The notes: generated by a model from the letters alone, not told the origin. DNA of 57,943 nucleotides from Lama guanicoe (GCA_013239625.1 MU054100.1:158580-216522); one strand, 5' to 3'; shown: positions 39,101-53,735, counted from the first letter of the stretch. Numbers and translations: made by a program.

Positions 39101-40329
39101 GAGCACCCTCTGTGAGATTCTCTTTTTCTAAAATCTCTATTAAAGGAAAGCATACAAGTGCCTACAGTAGAAGCCAAAATTATTCAGATTTTCTACAACT
39201 TGAAGACAACACATCCTCACTGAATCAGATGCCCATTTGGAAATCAGATTCAGGATTACACATATTTGTTGATTTTCTCCATTCTCTTATTCCACCAGGA
39301 AGCAGTTTTGGTTAATTTGTGAAACAAGAAAGAATTTGAAGCCATTGGAAATATATAAATTATGATGGCTTGCCCTCATTTTGTCCATTTGTAATTTTAT
39401 CTGGTACCCTTCTTTTCTCTATTTCACTTACATTTACTGCTTCATTTTCATGTGCTTTATGCTATCAATTAACATCAATTCATATTACCATATTTGGTTG
39501 GGCAAGATAAGAAATTATTACCCATGCTAATCCAAATAGCATAACATTCAACTATCAGTGAGTACACATGTATAGCATATAATTTTGCGCCTTATGTTTA
39601 TTTTTGCAATTATGCTCTGTTTACCATGATATTAAAATTACTTTGATGCCTTCTACTGGTGCCAATTGAGGACAGAAAGAGGACAAAGATAGAAAACATT
39701 CAGGAAAAAGTCAGAGCATACCACAAAAATGCAACAAATTAGAAAGCTAGAAGGTTAATAGTAACTATTTAATCCAGTTCCATTCATGAGAAAACTAAGA
39801 TGAGAGACACAAAGCAGTATCAATCCCTTGTGGTGGTACAGTAAAGAAATGAATCCAGGTTCCTATTTACTGACATGGTCCTCTCTTAATTGCATTACAT
39901 GGCATGCTTTCAAATGGAGCATCTTGGATGTCACATGATTTGCCCTGTTGATAAGCCAAGGCAAGTTAGCCTTACCTATGTAAAATGTTATGAAGGATGG
40001 ATGCAGAAATGGCTAACAAAAGAGTGAAACTAAAAGAACAATTTAATTTAATTCAAAACAGTACAGATAGATTTTCTTTTTAATCCTCTCATCTCCCAAT
40101 TCCCTGTTTGAATATTTCTTCTGGGCATTATCTTATTTAATTATAATTATTTGTTGATGTCTTCTTGCATCTGTATGTATATTTTTTAACTCTGGCCTTT
40201 CTATTCATGTATAGGCCAGGCATTTTTTCTAGGATCTAGGAAGATTGTGTAAATAAACTGACAAATTGCCCCTTCTCATGTATCTTTCACTCTAATGTGA
40301 GAAATAAATAATAACAAATAAATATATAA

Positions 40330-40550
40330 CTTAACATTTGGTATTTTCCATGTGCCAGGCACTGTTTTAAGCCCCTTAGATAAAGTAACATTATCACTAT
40401 CAAGGTACTATTATTAGCCTCATTTTTAGGGTTATGGAAACCAGAACACAGAGTGGTAAGGTAAAATTGCTCAAGGTCACATAACTACTAAAAAGTAAAA
40501 CCCAGAAAATATGGCTCCAAAAAATCTGTACTCTTAACCACTATGCTGTG
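40330..40550 (-). mobile_element. MIR SINE remnant
   Basis: Motifs atgtgccaggcactgtttta...ggtactattattagcctcattttt...ctcaaggtcacata...ctcttaaccactatgct. Confidence 0.7.
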
Positions 40551-40657
40551 ACAGTTCTCCATGTAAGAAGAGTTCTGAAAACAAATTAGAGTGTAACTTG
40601 TGAAAAGAAAATAGAATGAATATTTGAAAGGTGAGAGTTTTTATTTAATTAAATAGA

Positions 40658-41313
40658 GGCATGCACCCCAATGTTCATAGCAGCAATATATACAACAGCC
40701 AAGACAAGGAAGCAACCTAAATGTCCATTGATAGATGACTGGATAAAGAAGTTGTGGTATATTTATACAATTGAATGCCACTCAGTGATTAAAAAAAANN
40801 NNNNNNNNNNNNNNNNNNNNNNNNNNNNNNNNNNNNNNNNNNNNNNNNNNNNNNNNNNNNNNNNNNNNNNNNNNNNNNNNNNNNNNNNNNNNNNNNNNNN
40901 NNNNNNNNNNNAATCAAAAAAAAAAAAAAAAAAAAGAAAAAAGAAAAGAAAAGAAAAGAAAAGAAAAAGGAAAAAGTGGGCACTAATGGTCTCATCTACA
41001 AAACAGAAACAGATTTTCAGACATAGTAAACAATCCTATGATTACTGGGGGAAATGGGTTAGGAAGGGATAAATTTGGAAGTTTGAGATTTGCAAATGTT
41101 AACAATTACATATAAAAATAGATTAAAAACAGATTTCTTTTATATAGCACAAGGAACTATATTCAATATTTTGCAATAACCTTTAATGGAAAAGAATATG
41201 AAAAAGAATATAGGTATGTATACATGCATGACTGGGACATGATGCTGTACACCAGAAACTGATACATTGTAACTGACTATACTTCAATTAAAAAAATGAA
41301 ATAAAATAAAAAA
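40658..41313 (+). mobile_element. 5'-truncated LINE-1 3' end spanning an N gap
   Basis: ORF2 tail MFIAAIYTTAKTRKQPKCPLIDDWIKKLWYIYT. The 3' UTR ends gactatacttcaatt plus an A-rich tail, the same 3' type as the nested L1 at 19621. Confidence 0.85.
40799..40910. other. Assembly gap (N run)
   Basis: Run of Ns. Confidence 0.99.
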
Positions 41314-41459
41314 ATAGGAGAGCCTCAATGAGAAGATAAGGGAGTTAGCCAAGTAACTAGATGAGAAACAACTTCAAAGCAGTCTGCAAAGGTAAAGCCT
41401 TACTGTGGGATGTGCTTCCTGTGGTCAGGGCATAATCAGGAAAACACCTTGGATGATCT

Positions 41460-41623
41460 GCAGATAGTGGATGAGTCAATAGAGCAAGGATGACCAGATC
41501 ATGTCAGACTTTTGATTGCAGTATGTTTTTTATGAGTAATAGCAGATGGTGGATGAGTCAACAGAGCGAAAATTGACCAGATCATGTCAGACTTTTGATT
41601 GCAGTATGTTTTTTATGAGTAAT
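41460..41623. repeat. Tandem duplication, 2 x about 82 bp, within L2-like sequence
   Basis: gcagat(a/g)gtggatgagtcaa...tgaccagatcatgtcagacttttgattgcagtatgttttttatgagtaat occurs twice. Confidence 0.92.
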
Positions 41624-44600
41624 GAAAATATTTTGAGGAACTCTGAGCAACTAAGTAGCATATTCAGATGAAAAGGATTAGTTAGCCTGGGAAATAGCAT
41701 ATAGGCACTAAAAGTGAAAGATGAAGAATCAATAAATATTTGAGCTTTAACAGCAGAGCTGATGAATGGTGGTCAGTTTTTTTTTTTTACATTTATAACA
41801 CAATTTCCTGGACACTGGATATGAGGGGTGGAAATAGCCTAGAGTTAAGTCTGACTTCAAGTTTTTTGACCTTAGCCCACAGGTAAATGACAGTGCCTGG
41901 TACTGTAGTTGGGAAGCCTAGGAGAGAAGCAGAATTGAGGGTAGGGTAAACATGCAATTTGTGAATCTGTAACTTTGAGACACCTGCTTTTCCTACATTG
42001 TTTTGTGTGGTAGCCTCTGGTACTTAGCAGAGACCAAATTTTACATTTTATTTAATCTACTGAAGTTAAACTTAAATTTAAAGGTGCTACTCAACTCACT
42101 GAAAAATTTTCCTTGTATTTGGATCAACTTAGGTTGTGACTCTACTTTCTGAACTGTAAATTTTATAAAATCTAAATACAGATCAAGTAATTGATGAAAA
42201 TCTACTATCTGAATTGGATATCTTTTAAGTGCAAAATACATGCTAGTTTTCAAAAATTTGAGTTGAGTACCCCATAAAATATTTTGTCTTCCATTCATTG
42301 GAGATATTGAGATTGGAGATACACATTTTGAAAGCATCAGTAAAAACACGATGTTGAAGCTTTGGAACTTAATCATTTGATTCAAGAGTGTGGTTAGCAA
42401 GGAGTAACATCTTCCCATGGTTTGACAATGTGATCATGGTGAGCACCTGGCTTCTTCAGAGGAGGTCTGGTTTGCTTATCTGTGTTCAGGAGTTGGAGGA
42501 TGGGTGGGGAAGGAAGGGAGAGGAAGGAGAGCTTTTATCCTCTTTGTTTTCATACAATCTTAGAAATATAGCTAGATGCTTAGATTTAGTCCTTTTCACC
42601 CACCATTCTTCAGTACATCTAGACCAATTTTGGCAAGATAAAACTAACCCTCAAATCATGTAGCTAATTTTCAAAAATTTTCCCAGAAAAGTAGTGATTA
42701 AGTAAGATAAGAATTTAAATACATTTCAATGTATAATTCAGCAATGATTCCATTATCCTCAGGATGACCAGATGCCCAGGTTTTCACAAGCCTGCTGTAG
42801 TTATAAGCTTCTTGTTTGATTTAATTATCAATAGTGTTCCTTTTCACCCTAAACTGTTTCCTGATTCAGATGATATATTATATATTCACTCAAATTATTC
42901 TACTGTTTTTCTTTAGTCTGATGAATCAAGTGATTTTTGTTAGTTTATTTCATCTGGTTTTCTGTTTTTGCCTTTATTTTGTTTTTTGGTTTTGTGCTTT
43001 ACTTTGTTTAATTTCATATTTTTATTTTATATTTCCTAATACCTGTCTTATTGTTTTCTGTTCATCTCCACCACATTACTTTATATCAGGTCAGCATCAA
43101 TCCTTACTTGGATTATGCAATCAGACTCTTAACTAGTGTTCCTGCCTCCTCATCTCATTACTCTAATCCTATCAACACTGCAGGACTGATCTTTCTAAAC
43201 TACTATATAGGAAGTAAATGTGAAGGATTCAGAATGGCAGGAAATGAAGAGATTGACAAAAGAAAGACAGAACTGAAGGTGAGACCAGCCTCACAATGTG
43301 CTGACATTTAAATTTGACCTTGATAAAGAGACAGACATTTCCCCATGGGGGTAAAAAGTGAAAAGAAAAGGCAGAGACTCTGATATGAAGAAAAGAAGGT
43401 AAAACCAGGAGAAGGTTGTAGACCTTCCTGACATAGGACTGTTCAATTTACGCTTTCCTGCTACAAAGCTCTTAAACATTTTTTAATCTCTTCTCAGAAA
43501 ACATTTTTTGCAGAATAATGTTTATTTTTTACATAAATGCAAACTGAATGCACTATAAAATGTGATAATTCAACAATAAGATTCCAAACAAAGACACACT
43601 CAAAAATGGAAAGAGGTTTCTAGTGACAAATTGTCTAGCTTGTACAATGTCATATGGGGCATCTTTATGTCACCTGCCATGTTTTGATGGACCCCAAGCA
43701 ATTTACATTCCCCTACCTATGCCAATCAACACAAGTAAAAATGTAGCATTTTCTGCAAATCCTCTATCTGTTTTGCATATGCAATATTTCCAAGTATTTT
43801 AAAATCCTCTCTAATATAGCCTTTATCTTTTTCTAAGCATGTTTTCTGTGTTGTAACAGTATTTAAGGGCTGCTTGTTTGTTTGCCAGACTAACTGGCAC
43901 ACTAAAAGACTGGAAACATAAACAAAGAATAATGTAACTTTCTAAGAATGATCCCTTTGCTGCTTTTATCTACCAACCGCAAGTCATTTATTCTTTTTTT
44001 AGTGAGGCCAGCACACATTCAGTAGAATACATGTTATGGAAATAATTTTCTAATTAATAATTTGGTGTTTTAAATAATTACTTTTAGGACCAGAGATTCT
44101 TAGCATATTAAAATGATAAATGTAGCCACTTCTTCCAAAAATACACACCAGGCTCATGGCATCATTGAGGCCACTTTCACTAGGGCATGGGTGTAATGAG
44201 GTAGGCAGAGTAATTGGGAATTGGGAAATCAGAACAAGAATCTTAATTCTGCTAAGAAGATCCCCAGAATAGGGACTTTCTTTAATTTACTGCTGTGTTC
44301 TAGCATCTAGACCAAAGCCTGACTTTTATTAGCACTAAATAAGCACTGATGAATGAACTCAAGGATACCAAGCACAGCAGTTCTTCAGTTTTCTCATCTG
44401 ATGTTAAAGGGTCATATCAAAGAATTCTGATGTTTCTGTTGCATCCTATATTCTATAGTTTAGCTAACAAAACAATGTTAAATGTTAATTTTGTTGCCTA
44501 TCATTTTCCCTATATCATTCTTTCTTGCTTCCTTTCCTTTCCTTCCTTTTCTTCTCTTTGTTTATTTCTCTTTTGTCCTCTCCATCTTTGTCTGTTTTCT

Positions 44601-44839
44601 TTTTTTTCTTTCTTATTAACACCTTAAAGATAGTAGCACTGAATCTTTTCAAGTTTAAATAGCATGAGTGATCTTTGCTTAGAAGTAGATGATAAGTAGT
44701 GGTCCAGAAAAAACGAAACAAGGAGCCCTTCTCTGCCTTTCAGAGAATGCACAGAACATAGGAAACACTTCTTTTCACATAGAAAAGGAAAAGCTTTCAG
44801 CCCTGAGACACAGGGAGGTGCTGAGGTACAGGTAGAAAT

Positions 44840-45092
44840 GACTGATTATTAACTTAATTTTTGGCCTATCTCTCCTCCCTGGAGATCAGGGGATGAGGCT
44901 GAAAGTTCCAAAATTCTGATAATGGCTTGGTCTTTCTGGCGACCAGCTCTGATGCTGAAGCTATCCAAAAGTCACCAAGAATTTACTCATTAGAACAAAA
45001 GATATTCTCATCATCCAAGAAGTTACAAGAGATTTAGAAGCTCTGTGTCAGAAATTGGCAGCAAAGACCAAATATATATCCTATGTTTCATA
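44840..45092 (-). mobile_element. MER21-like LTR fragment
   Basis: Motifs ggctgaaagttccaa...ctgaagctatcca...ctcattagaacaaaaga...caaagaccaaatatatat. Confidence 0.7.
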
Positions 45093-45189
45093 AATACTCA
45101 TACACTCAAGATAAGAAAATGTATTTAATAATTAAAATATTATGCCTTCAATGAGCATTTTATCTGTATTGTAATGTCAATTGCCATAA

Positions 45190-45340
45190 TCACTCATTTG
45201 GAAAGTACTATTATAATCCTTAGTTTTACAGATAAGGAAACTAACACATAAAGGATTTAAGTTACTTGATTATATCTAGAACATGCCTGAGCCAGAATTT
45301 CAGTCCACGCACTTTACTCTAGAGTTTACTATTTTAAACA
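45190..45340 (-). mobile_element. MIR SINE remnant
   Basis: Motif gtactattataatccttagttttacagataaggaaactaa. Confidence 0.6.
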
Positions 45341-48300
45341 TTTGTACATTAATGTAGTGATAGCTGCAATTGTTTGGATAAAATAATTATGAAATATTTT
45401 AAATAAGATTCTTTAGATAAGTGGCTTCTCATGGTTCTACTGCACATCATCATACAGTGATGTCTGAGTTTACCATATTGAATGGAAAATAATAATTTGT
45501 TTTTTAAATCATAAGTAGAAGGTTTGCCGGAAGTGTTAATAATTTCCTGGAAGTGCTATAACACTTGAGTAAAGAAATTGTTTTGATCTATGTGCTATAT
45601 TTACTACTTTACAAGAAAGAACAATTCTGAGAATATCAGAGAGTGACAATTTAATTTGGATATACCACAGAAACATACATGAGTTTGTAGATTGAAACAA
45701 ATTTATGTCTGGGAGACTCATTAAAATAATTTGTTATCTTTTCCTCCTAATGAATTATATGAATAGCAATAATTACATATCCTATAGTACTACAATCAAT
45801 GACAGTTCATTTTTTCTATAAAGTAATTTAAGATAAAACAGCTGATCAAAATATTCATATTAATGCAAAATGTTTTTAATGTATTAATGTCCATATGCAT
45901 AAAATGAAACCTTCACATGGTATCATGTAAAGAGTAAAACATATTGAAATCAGATGTGTTTTCACACCCACAGGCTTAGTCTTCTACATTTCTAATGAAA
46001 TCATCAAGACATATAAAATAAGTAAAATTTTCTATCAGCAAAATAGATTAAAATTTACTCACAGATTTGACATTTGAAAAATTAATCCCAGACAAAAACA
46101 AGTAAAGCCAGCTTCAAAAATTTGCCAACCAAAAAATCTGTAAAGCAGAATTGAACACATAGGAATCAAAGAATGATCACATTCATGACCTCCAATATCA
46201 CACTAGATGAGAAAGGTTATTATTCTTATTCAGATTTATTAAGAAAATTCTCAATTGATTAGGAATCCCTGCTGGGTGCAGAAAAAAAATTCACCCATTC
46301 AGGACACAAATCTCATTGATATTCTTAGTCTAGACCAGACTTTCATCTGCTTATTTGGCTGTGAAAGGCACTATGGGATCATTTTCATGAGTTTTTGATA
46401 ATGCAGGCCACTGGGCTATTAATCCCAGCTTGTGGACTTTGTTCTAGATAAATTCAATGACTTTGTCTTCAGAAAAATAAATTTTTACTGCAGGATGAAT
46501 TTACCCACCTTGGCTACACCAGTATGCAGCAACTTCCTTCCTGTTCATCAGCCATTAGCCTCATCTGAGGGCTCGACAAATCAAACACCCTCAGGATGGC
46601 AGAGAAGAAAAATGAGAAGAACTGGGTCTTTGTTGATGTCACTGCATGTCAACAAATACAGTTTCATGATGTCCTGTCTCTTAATATCCTGTATACAAAT
46701 AATATACATACAGTTAAATGCAAATTGTTTTGGAGTCTTCTGTTATTTGAAATCCAACAATATGTACCGGCCTGTTGTGCTTGATTCTCTAGAAAATTCC
46801 CTGATGGACTTTATTGCCTTACAATATTGTTTCTGGGATGTAGAAGGTTTGTATCTAACTCTTGAATTTTATAAACTATGGCCTAAGGCTTAAAATCTGT
46901 ACCTTAATATATTCTAACTTTTATTTTCAAACAGCAAAATTTGCAGTACTGAGATATGCTCCTCTAATTTTTGTACCTTCTTTATTTATTAAATACTTTG
47001 TGAAAGGAGCAAAACAAGCTGAATTAGTGATTTTCATGGTACATGTTGCAACATCAAGTAAAATATTTACTTGCAGCTTAGACTAATTATGAAAAAAATC
47101 CAAGTTTCTTGGATAAAATATAATCCTTGCCATTCAGTGGTCAGAGATAAATTTATTATGGTTACTTATGTTGTTATATTTAATTTTATCTAAACAATCT
47201 TTCAATTCTCCAAATGTGAGGCTTTTTGCTTGTGTTTTTTCTGCAATCTGACACCTATAGGTGAGAGAGAAAAACCCTACACTCATTTCTTTCTTTATAC
47301 AAATTCTCTGAAAGCATTCTCAAATATATATCATGCCTCTAAAGAAAAGCATAGTACATCCTCTGAAATTTTCCTGGTTCCCTCACCAGGCACATCTCCA
47401 GCATCATGTTGATAGGCCTTTTCAGAGTGTCAGCATCAGTGATTTTATGCTTGCACTGTAGGGAAAACTGAGTATGCACCAACCTATATCCCTTAGCTTG
47501 GACCAGGAAAATTCCAGTTAGACTTCATCAAACTATATGCACTTGGTTTTGTTCATCTAAAGCTAAAAATAACAAAGAAATACAACATTGAATATCTTTG
47601 TAGGACAGATTTTTTTTCAGGAAAATATATGTGCTTCTTCTTCTTTTTTTGCCTGTTACAGCAGAGCCTCTAAATACTCCACAAACAATATGAAAAAAAT
47701 GAAACCAATGGATTTGTCAATATCTGAAATGTTGTCATAAGGAGAAGCCAAGAACTTAGATATATTGGGAAAGTCTTTAAAAACATGAGGAAAACAGATT
47801 AAATGGAAATACACATCTTGAATATTCCTTTATAATAAGAAAAATAGAAGAAGAAGAATACTCCAGAGGGAATGTATAGAACTATTGTGTATTCATTTTT
47901 AAAGGTTCTATTTGTTGGTTCTTTACTTAAGACTCACTCCCTAGAATTCTAACTAGAGCACTCAGCTTTTCTTTTGTGAAATGGCATTTCCATTCCACTC
48001 TCTCCTTGAGTTTGATGGGAATGATTAATCTTAAGCTCCGTGAAGGACTCCCATTCTCCTAGCCACAGAATTTAGTTCTGAGATGACCATAAAATCTAAT
48101 CCAGGGCATGTGACATTGAGAACACTTAGCTAAGGCAGTAAGGAAAGAAGCTTTGTCTAACTCCTTGACAACAACAGAATATTGGGCTGGTTGGAGTAGC
48201 ATAGGGATTTTAGGAACACCTATGTATATTTCACTCATCAGATGAGCTGTCCTAATGGTGAAAGTGACTCACAGTGGAGAAAAATGCCCAAAACATCATA

Positions 48301-49029
48301 GAATACACAGAAAGAAAGCAAAATTTCTGAGGATGTGTGAATGTGGAAATTAACATTCAAAAGAATCCAGGTCTCTTTAAGGTTTTCTGCTGTGTGATCT
48401 AATCAGTTACCTTTTTATTTAAATGAGTATATATACATTTAATTACAAATATTTCATATATTAAATATATTATGTATATAGTCATATTTAACTATAAGAC
48501 TCAAATTTTTCAAAGAGCAAGTTCAAAATTGAGACTATCAGTAAGCCTTAGAAGTAAGTGAAACAATACTGAATTCAGATTTCTAATCACTTAATAATGA
48601 TGAAATAACACTGCAATATCATTTATTCTAAATACTGTACATAGTATAGTATACATATATTTTTATTTATTTTAAAATTTTGTTTAAATACATATAAACA
48701 ATCAAATATTTCAAGAAGGCAATTTTGCTGAGCTTTTAATATGTCTCAAACATTGTTATAAATATTTTCACATATTAAATCATGTAATCTTTAAAACAGC
48801 ACAATGAATTAGGTTTCTTTATTATCTTGATATTATAGGAAAACATACCCAAGATATTGGGCATCAGCATCCAGGAAATTAACATTTATTTGTTATATAA
48901 ATAATAGTTTGATTGTGAAAAGAGATTGTAGGAGGTAAAGTATAAAACCAGTGTATCACAGGTTAAGATTTAAGTTTTACCCATTAGGTTAGAATAGCTG
49001 TATTTTTGTTTTTCCTCTCACTATTGCAG

Positions 49030-50200
49030 ACTTGTAGTACAAGAATTAAGTACATATTTCCCAATTCTTCTTTCTACATGCTTTCAATATCCCCAGTTCC
49101 CCCAACAGAGATATTCTAATGCTTTGGGCATGAATAATTGAATATATGTGTCTACACACATATGTTGAATATTATGTATCCTTTTAACTATAATGTATTT
49201 TTCTTGCATATCTTCATTGTTTACATGCATAAATGGGATTGAGAAATGATAATACAATGACATTTTATTTTTCTTCTTGTTTTTACTCAACTTCATGTTT
49301 TAAGATTCATCAAAATGCTCTGAAGATCTCTAGTTTATACATATCTGCTTTGCTATCTATTATGGCATCGTATGTATTACAAATATCCTACATTTGCATT
49401 GTTATTTTTAGTAATCACTAACAAGGATGGTTCCAATTGTTTGCTTTCACATAGAATGCTGTAATAAACATCTTGAAAATATACACTAAAGGACATATCA
49501 TGTACATAATATGTACAGAGTTCCCTCTTTGCTTATTAGTGAGATTTGTCTTCTTTGCATTTGGTCTCTATTGTTTTTTATTATGTTGATATAAACTTGT
49601 ATAGTGTAGATGTGAAGTATTTTTCAGATACTAATTTTGCAAATACCTTCATTTCTCTATCATATCAGTTTATTTTTCAATTGTGCCTTTGATTGAACAA
49701 TATTAAATTTGCCAATACTGAACCAGAATTTTTAAATTCTGGCCTTGTATATGTGCTTTCAAATGCTTTATTAAAATCCCTTACTGAACACAATGTTGCA
49801 TATAGCTTCCTTGGTTTCAGTCTATTACTTTTACAATTTTACTATTCCATATAGGTCTTTGTGTATCTTGATATGTAGAGATCAAAAGTTATAATCTTCT
49901 CTGTGATTCAGTTTTTCCAATACCTTCCCTTAAACAAGCTGCACTATGTCCAATTTTTGTGATACTTTTATCACAGAATAGATTCATTCAAATGCGTCTT
50001 ATTTCTATTTTAAAAATTTCCATTTTATTCCAAGAAGCTGATTTGTTGACTGTGATGTTTATACTACATTGTTTTATTTTTTTAAAATATGACATCTTTT
50101 CAGGTAGGAAAAGACTTCCAGGTTCTTTTTTTTTTAAATGATTGAACTATTATTAAATAGATGCTCTTGTGTATGTATGTTGAGTATTTACTAAAAATAA
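49030..50200 (-). mobile_element. Ancient L1 (L1ME-like) remnant
   Basis: T-rich, degenerate L1 3' motifs (taagattcatca, ttccaattgttt, gctgtaataaacatctt). Confidence 0.5.
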
Positions 50201-50287
50201 TTTGTCAGGAATTATAATTTAAACTTCACTGAAGTTATGATGAAATGGGTGACCTGGTCTTATTGTTAATCTTAAGAAAATATGGAA

Positions 50288-50442
50288 TGAGCAAATGTAA
50301 ACTACAATATATAAAATAGATGAGCAATAAGCATTTACTCTATAACATGGGGAATTATATCTAATATTTTGTAATAACTTATACTGGAATAAAATCTGCA
50401 AAAATACTGAATCATTATGCTGCATACCTGAAACTAGTACCA
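50288..50442 (+). mobile_element. Short L1 3' UTR fragment (artiodactyl type)
   Basis: Motifs aaactacaatatataaaatagat...actctataacatggggaattatatc...ctgaatcattatgctgcatacctgaaacta. Confidence 0.65.
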
Positions 50443-50599
50443 AGAATATCCATATAAAATTTTCTAATACATTTAACTTTTACAGAAAGTTATATATCAT
50501 TTACAATCTTAAAATAGCTACCCTCTGTTCACTGCATTAATAGGATAATAATCTTTAAGTACTTTTATGTATCTATTTAAATATAAACAAATATGAAGC

Positions 50600-52600
50600 A
50601 CTTTCTGAAGTTGGTGTCCCAATAGGGAAGAATAGATTTGGACTACCCCATAGAGTCTCATTCCTACAGATAGTTTATTATTATTTGGCATGGCAGCCTG
50701 CTGTAAACCCAAATTCAACAGCTTCTTTTTATTTGATATGAGTCAGAATGTAGAGTGGAAATTTTTACTCCAGGACACGTGTTAAAAATCATCAGCCATA
50801 ATTGTTTAGTACCACAACTGCTTGAGCCAATAACAACAACTGGGGCAAATGGGAAGATGACCAAAAGACTTAAAAGGAAAAAATTGGAAATTAGGACATC
50901 CATAGGGGGTTTTAAATAGCTTTGATATATTCCTGAGAATGTGGAAGGTCATGTATAGGGCAGTTTTTAAGCCCAGGGGGAACTGAGAAGGTTTTAATAT
51001 TTCACTTCTGGCTGATATTGAAACTCCAAAGTGAGAGATGAAGCATAGCTGTAAACTGAAGGAGCATTAAAGATGTGTCTAACATGCAGATAAAACCCCT
51101 CAGCAATATCCAGGAGACTTATTGGAACATCACATTTAAGTAAAATGTGTGAAGTTATTAGGTGACCGCTAAGCTAACAAAAGAGATAGTTCTGCTGACA
51201 AGTGATATAGAACACAGACTTCATAGATTTGTTCAGGAAATGTACCAAAAAAAAAGCAGTAAGACAAAAATCTTATTTCCACAATTGTCACATTATATTA
51301 CTTTAAATGTTCAGTTTAAAAAAAAACAAGTTTATGAGACATGCAAAGAATCACAAAACTATGCTACACAATAAGGAAAAAAAAGAATAAGGAAACTGTC
51401 CCTGAGAAAACTTCGATGTGGGATACACTTTACAAAGACTTTATATCAACTTCTACAAATATCTCCCAAGAATTAAGTAAATCATGTTTCATGAACTAAA
51501 GGAAAACATGAGAGTTATGCCTTGTCAAATATAAAAATGTTTCCATATACTTATAGATGACATGTGAGTGGATACAGATATTACAAAGGATTTCACACAC
51601 ATTGAAACACAATTAGAAGTAACAAATGAGTTTAGCAAGTTTGTTGGATATCAAATACAGTATAAAATATTAGTTGAAATTCTATACAATAGCAGTGGAC
51701 AAATTCCATACATTTATGATCTTGCATATAAAAGGATAAAATGTTTAAAATCTATTTATCAAAAGAACAACAAGACTTTTACACTGAAAACTGTAAAACC
51801 TCTTTTAAAGAAATTAAGATAAACTTACATAAGTGGAAAGGGATATCATATTCATAAATTAGCAAACAATATTTTTGAAGCATCAGTAGTTCCCAGACTG
51901 ATTTAGATTCAGTGAATTCCCTATTGNNNNNNNNNNNNNNNNNNNNNNNNNNNNNNNNNNNNNNNNNNNNNNNNNNNNNNNNNNNNNNNNNNNNNNNNNN
52001 NNNNNNNNNNNNNNNNNNNNNNNNNNNNNNNNNNNNNNNNNNNNNNNNNNNNNNNNNNNNNNNNNNNNNNNNNNNNNNNNNNNNNNNNNNNNNNNNNNNN
52101 NNNNNNNNNNNNNNNNNNNNNNNNNNNNNNNNNNNNNNNNNNNNNNNNNNNNNNNNNNNNNNNNNNNNNNNNNNNNNNNNNNNNNNNNNNNNNNNNNNNN
52201 NNNNNNNNNNNNNNNNNNNNNNNNNNNNNNNNNNNNNNNNNNNNNNNNNNNNNNNNNNNNNNNNNNNNNNNNNNNNNNNNNNNNNNNNNNNNNNNNNNNN
52301 NNNNNNNNNNNNNNNNAATTTGAAAACCCTGAATTCAAAGGACAAGATGAAATTAACAGAAAAAAGATGCAAGTATCTATAGAAGCTGTAAACTGGTGAT
52401 TCTAAAATGCAGATTACAGGTGATTACTGATAGAACAGAACAAAAAGGGAAGAAGTGGTAGCCAAAATTATAGTGTGGATATGTTTTCTAGACAAATAAA
52501 AATGTTTAAAAATCATTGCATGTGTAATGAAATGCTCACTATGGTACATGTAATATAATTCTTAAGACACCTACATGTAAACACAGAGGAGAGATGAAGG
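50600..52600 (+). mobile_element. Ancient L1 remnant(s) spanning an N gap
   Basis: A-rich. ORF 51568..51822 resembles L1 ORF2 (LEVTNEFSKFVGYQI). Confidence 0.55.
51927..52316. other. Assembly gap (N run)
   Basis: Run of Ns. Confidence 0.99.
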
Positions 52601-53219
52601 AAATTCATCCCATAAAATATATAACAGAAAAGTCAAAGATAAAGGTTAGCTTCATACTAAAAATAGCATATAAACAAACTCATATTCCTCACATTTTCTT
52701 TTGAAACACAAAATGATAGAAGAAAAAACAAACTCACAGCATCATCCATAGTTTAATGTTGAAAATAAAAGCTTATGATCAGATATTCCTTTTCAAGATA
52801 AAATCCACTTAAAGTAAACAGGACTCAAGAAGAATTTGAACCTGTTTACTTTGCCTAAAAAAAAATTCATAAAGATCTATTTTAACCAATTGATAGAAAA
52901 ATGAAAATTAATACTCATAAATAGAAAGATTGATTAAAATGTCTAACAATGAAAAAGGCTTAGTGATAATTCAGAGATGATATAAATAATTGTTAACTTT
53001 ATTAGACCTGTAATAGCAAATTATAATTAATTAGATAATATCTATAGCATATTGGGCTATTAAAACTAAAATTGATTGTTATTATTATGTATTTATTTCT
53101 TACATGGTTGTAACAAACATATACACCCCCCCTTTTTTTTTTTGTATCTATTCTTCTACTTTGTGGGAATTTCTATCAAAATGTGTCATTTACCACTCCT
53201 GAAATAAGGCACATTGAGG

Positions 53220-53735
53220 TTGTTTCAAACATGTTCTCAAATTGTCACAAGATATGTGAGTCTTTGGAATATGGACTGGTTTATTGACTCACTTCTAATG
53301 AATATAATGTGTCAGAAGTTACATTGTATAAATTCTGACTCTAAGAAAAAGGAAATGCAACTTCCTTCCACCTGGATCTCTTGTTCTGGAACTTTTGAGC
53401 TGACACATTAAAAGCCTGATTACCCTAAGCATCATACTGAGGTCAGGTGATGAGACCACATGGAGTAAGAGAGAGATGCCATAGGATTCCTGTCTATTCT
53501 GTCCCTAATCTGTCCAACTCCCTCTAACTTCAATCTGCAGACATATGAGTGAGAGAGACTTCAGATTACTTCAGACCCCTGCCTCTGAGATGCCCTGGCA
53601 GATGTCAAGTGAAGCAGAAAGGCTTCCCCATCATTCCCTGTCTGAATCACTGACCCAGAGAACCAAAAAGCAAAATGAATTTTCACAACTAAAGTTTGGA
53701 TAATTTGTCAAGAAGCAGTCACTGCAAAACACAGA
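53220..53735 (+). mobile_element. MLT1F-like solo LTR
   Basis: Motifs tgactcacttctaatgaatataatgtg...gagaccacatggag...ctaaagtttggataatttgt. Confidence 0.6.

Noticed and set aside
46432..46893. 153-aa ORF
   Set aside because: It has a non-ATG start, no recognisable domain and no TSR pattern, so it is probably a chance ORF.
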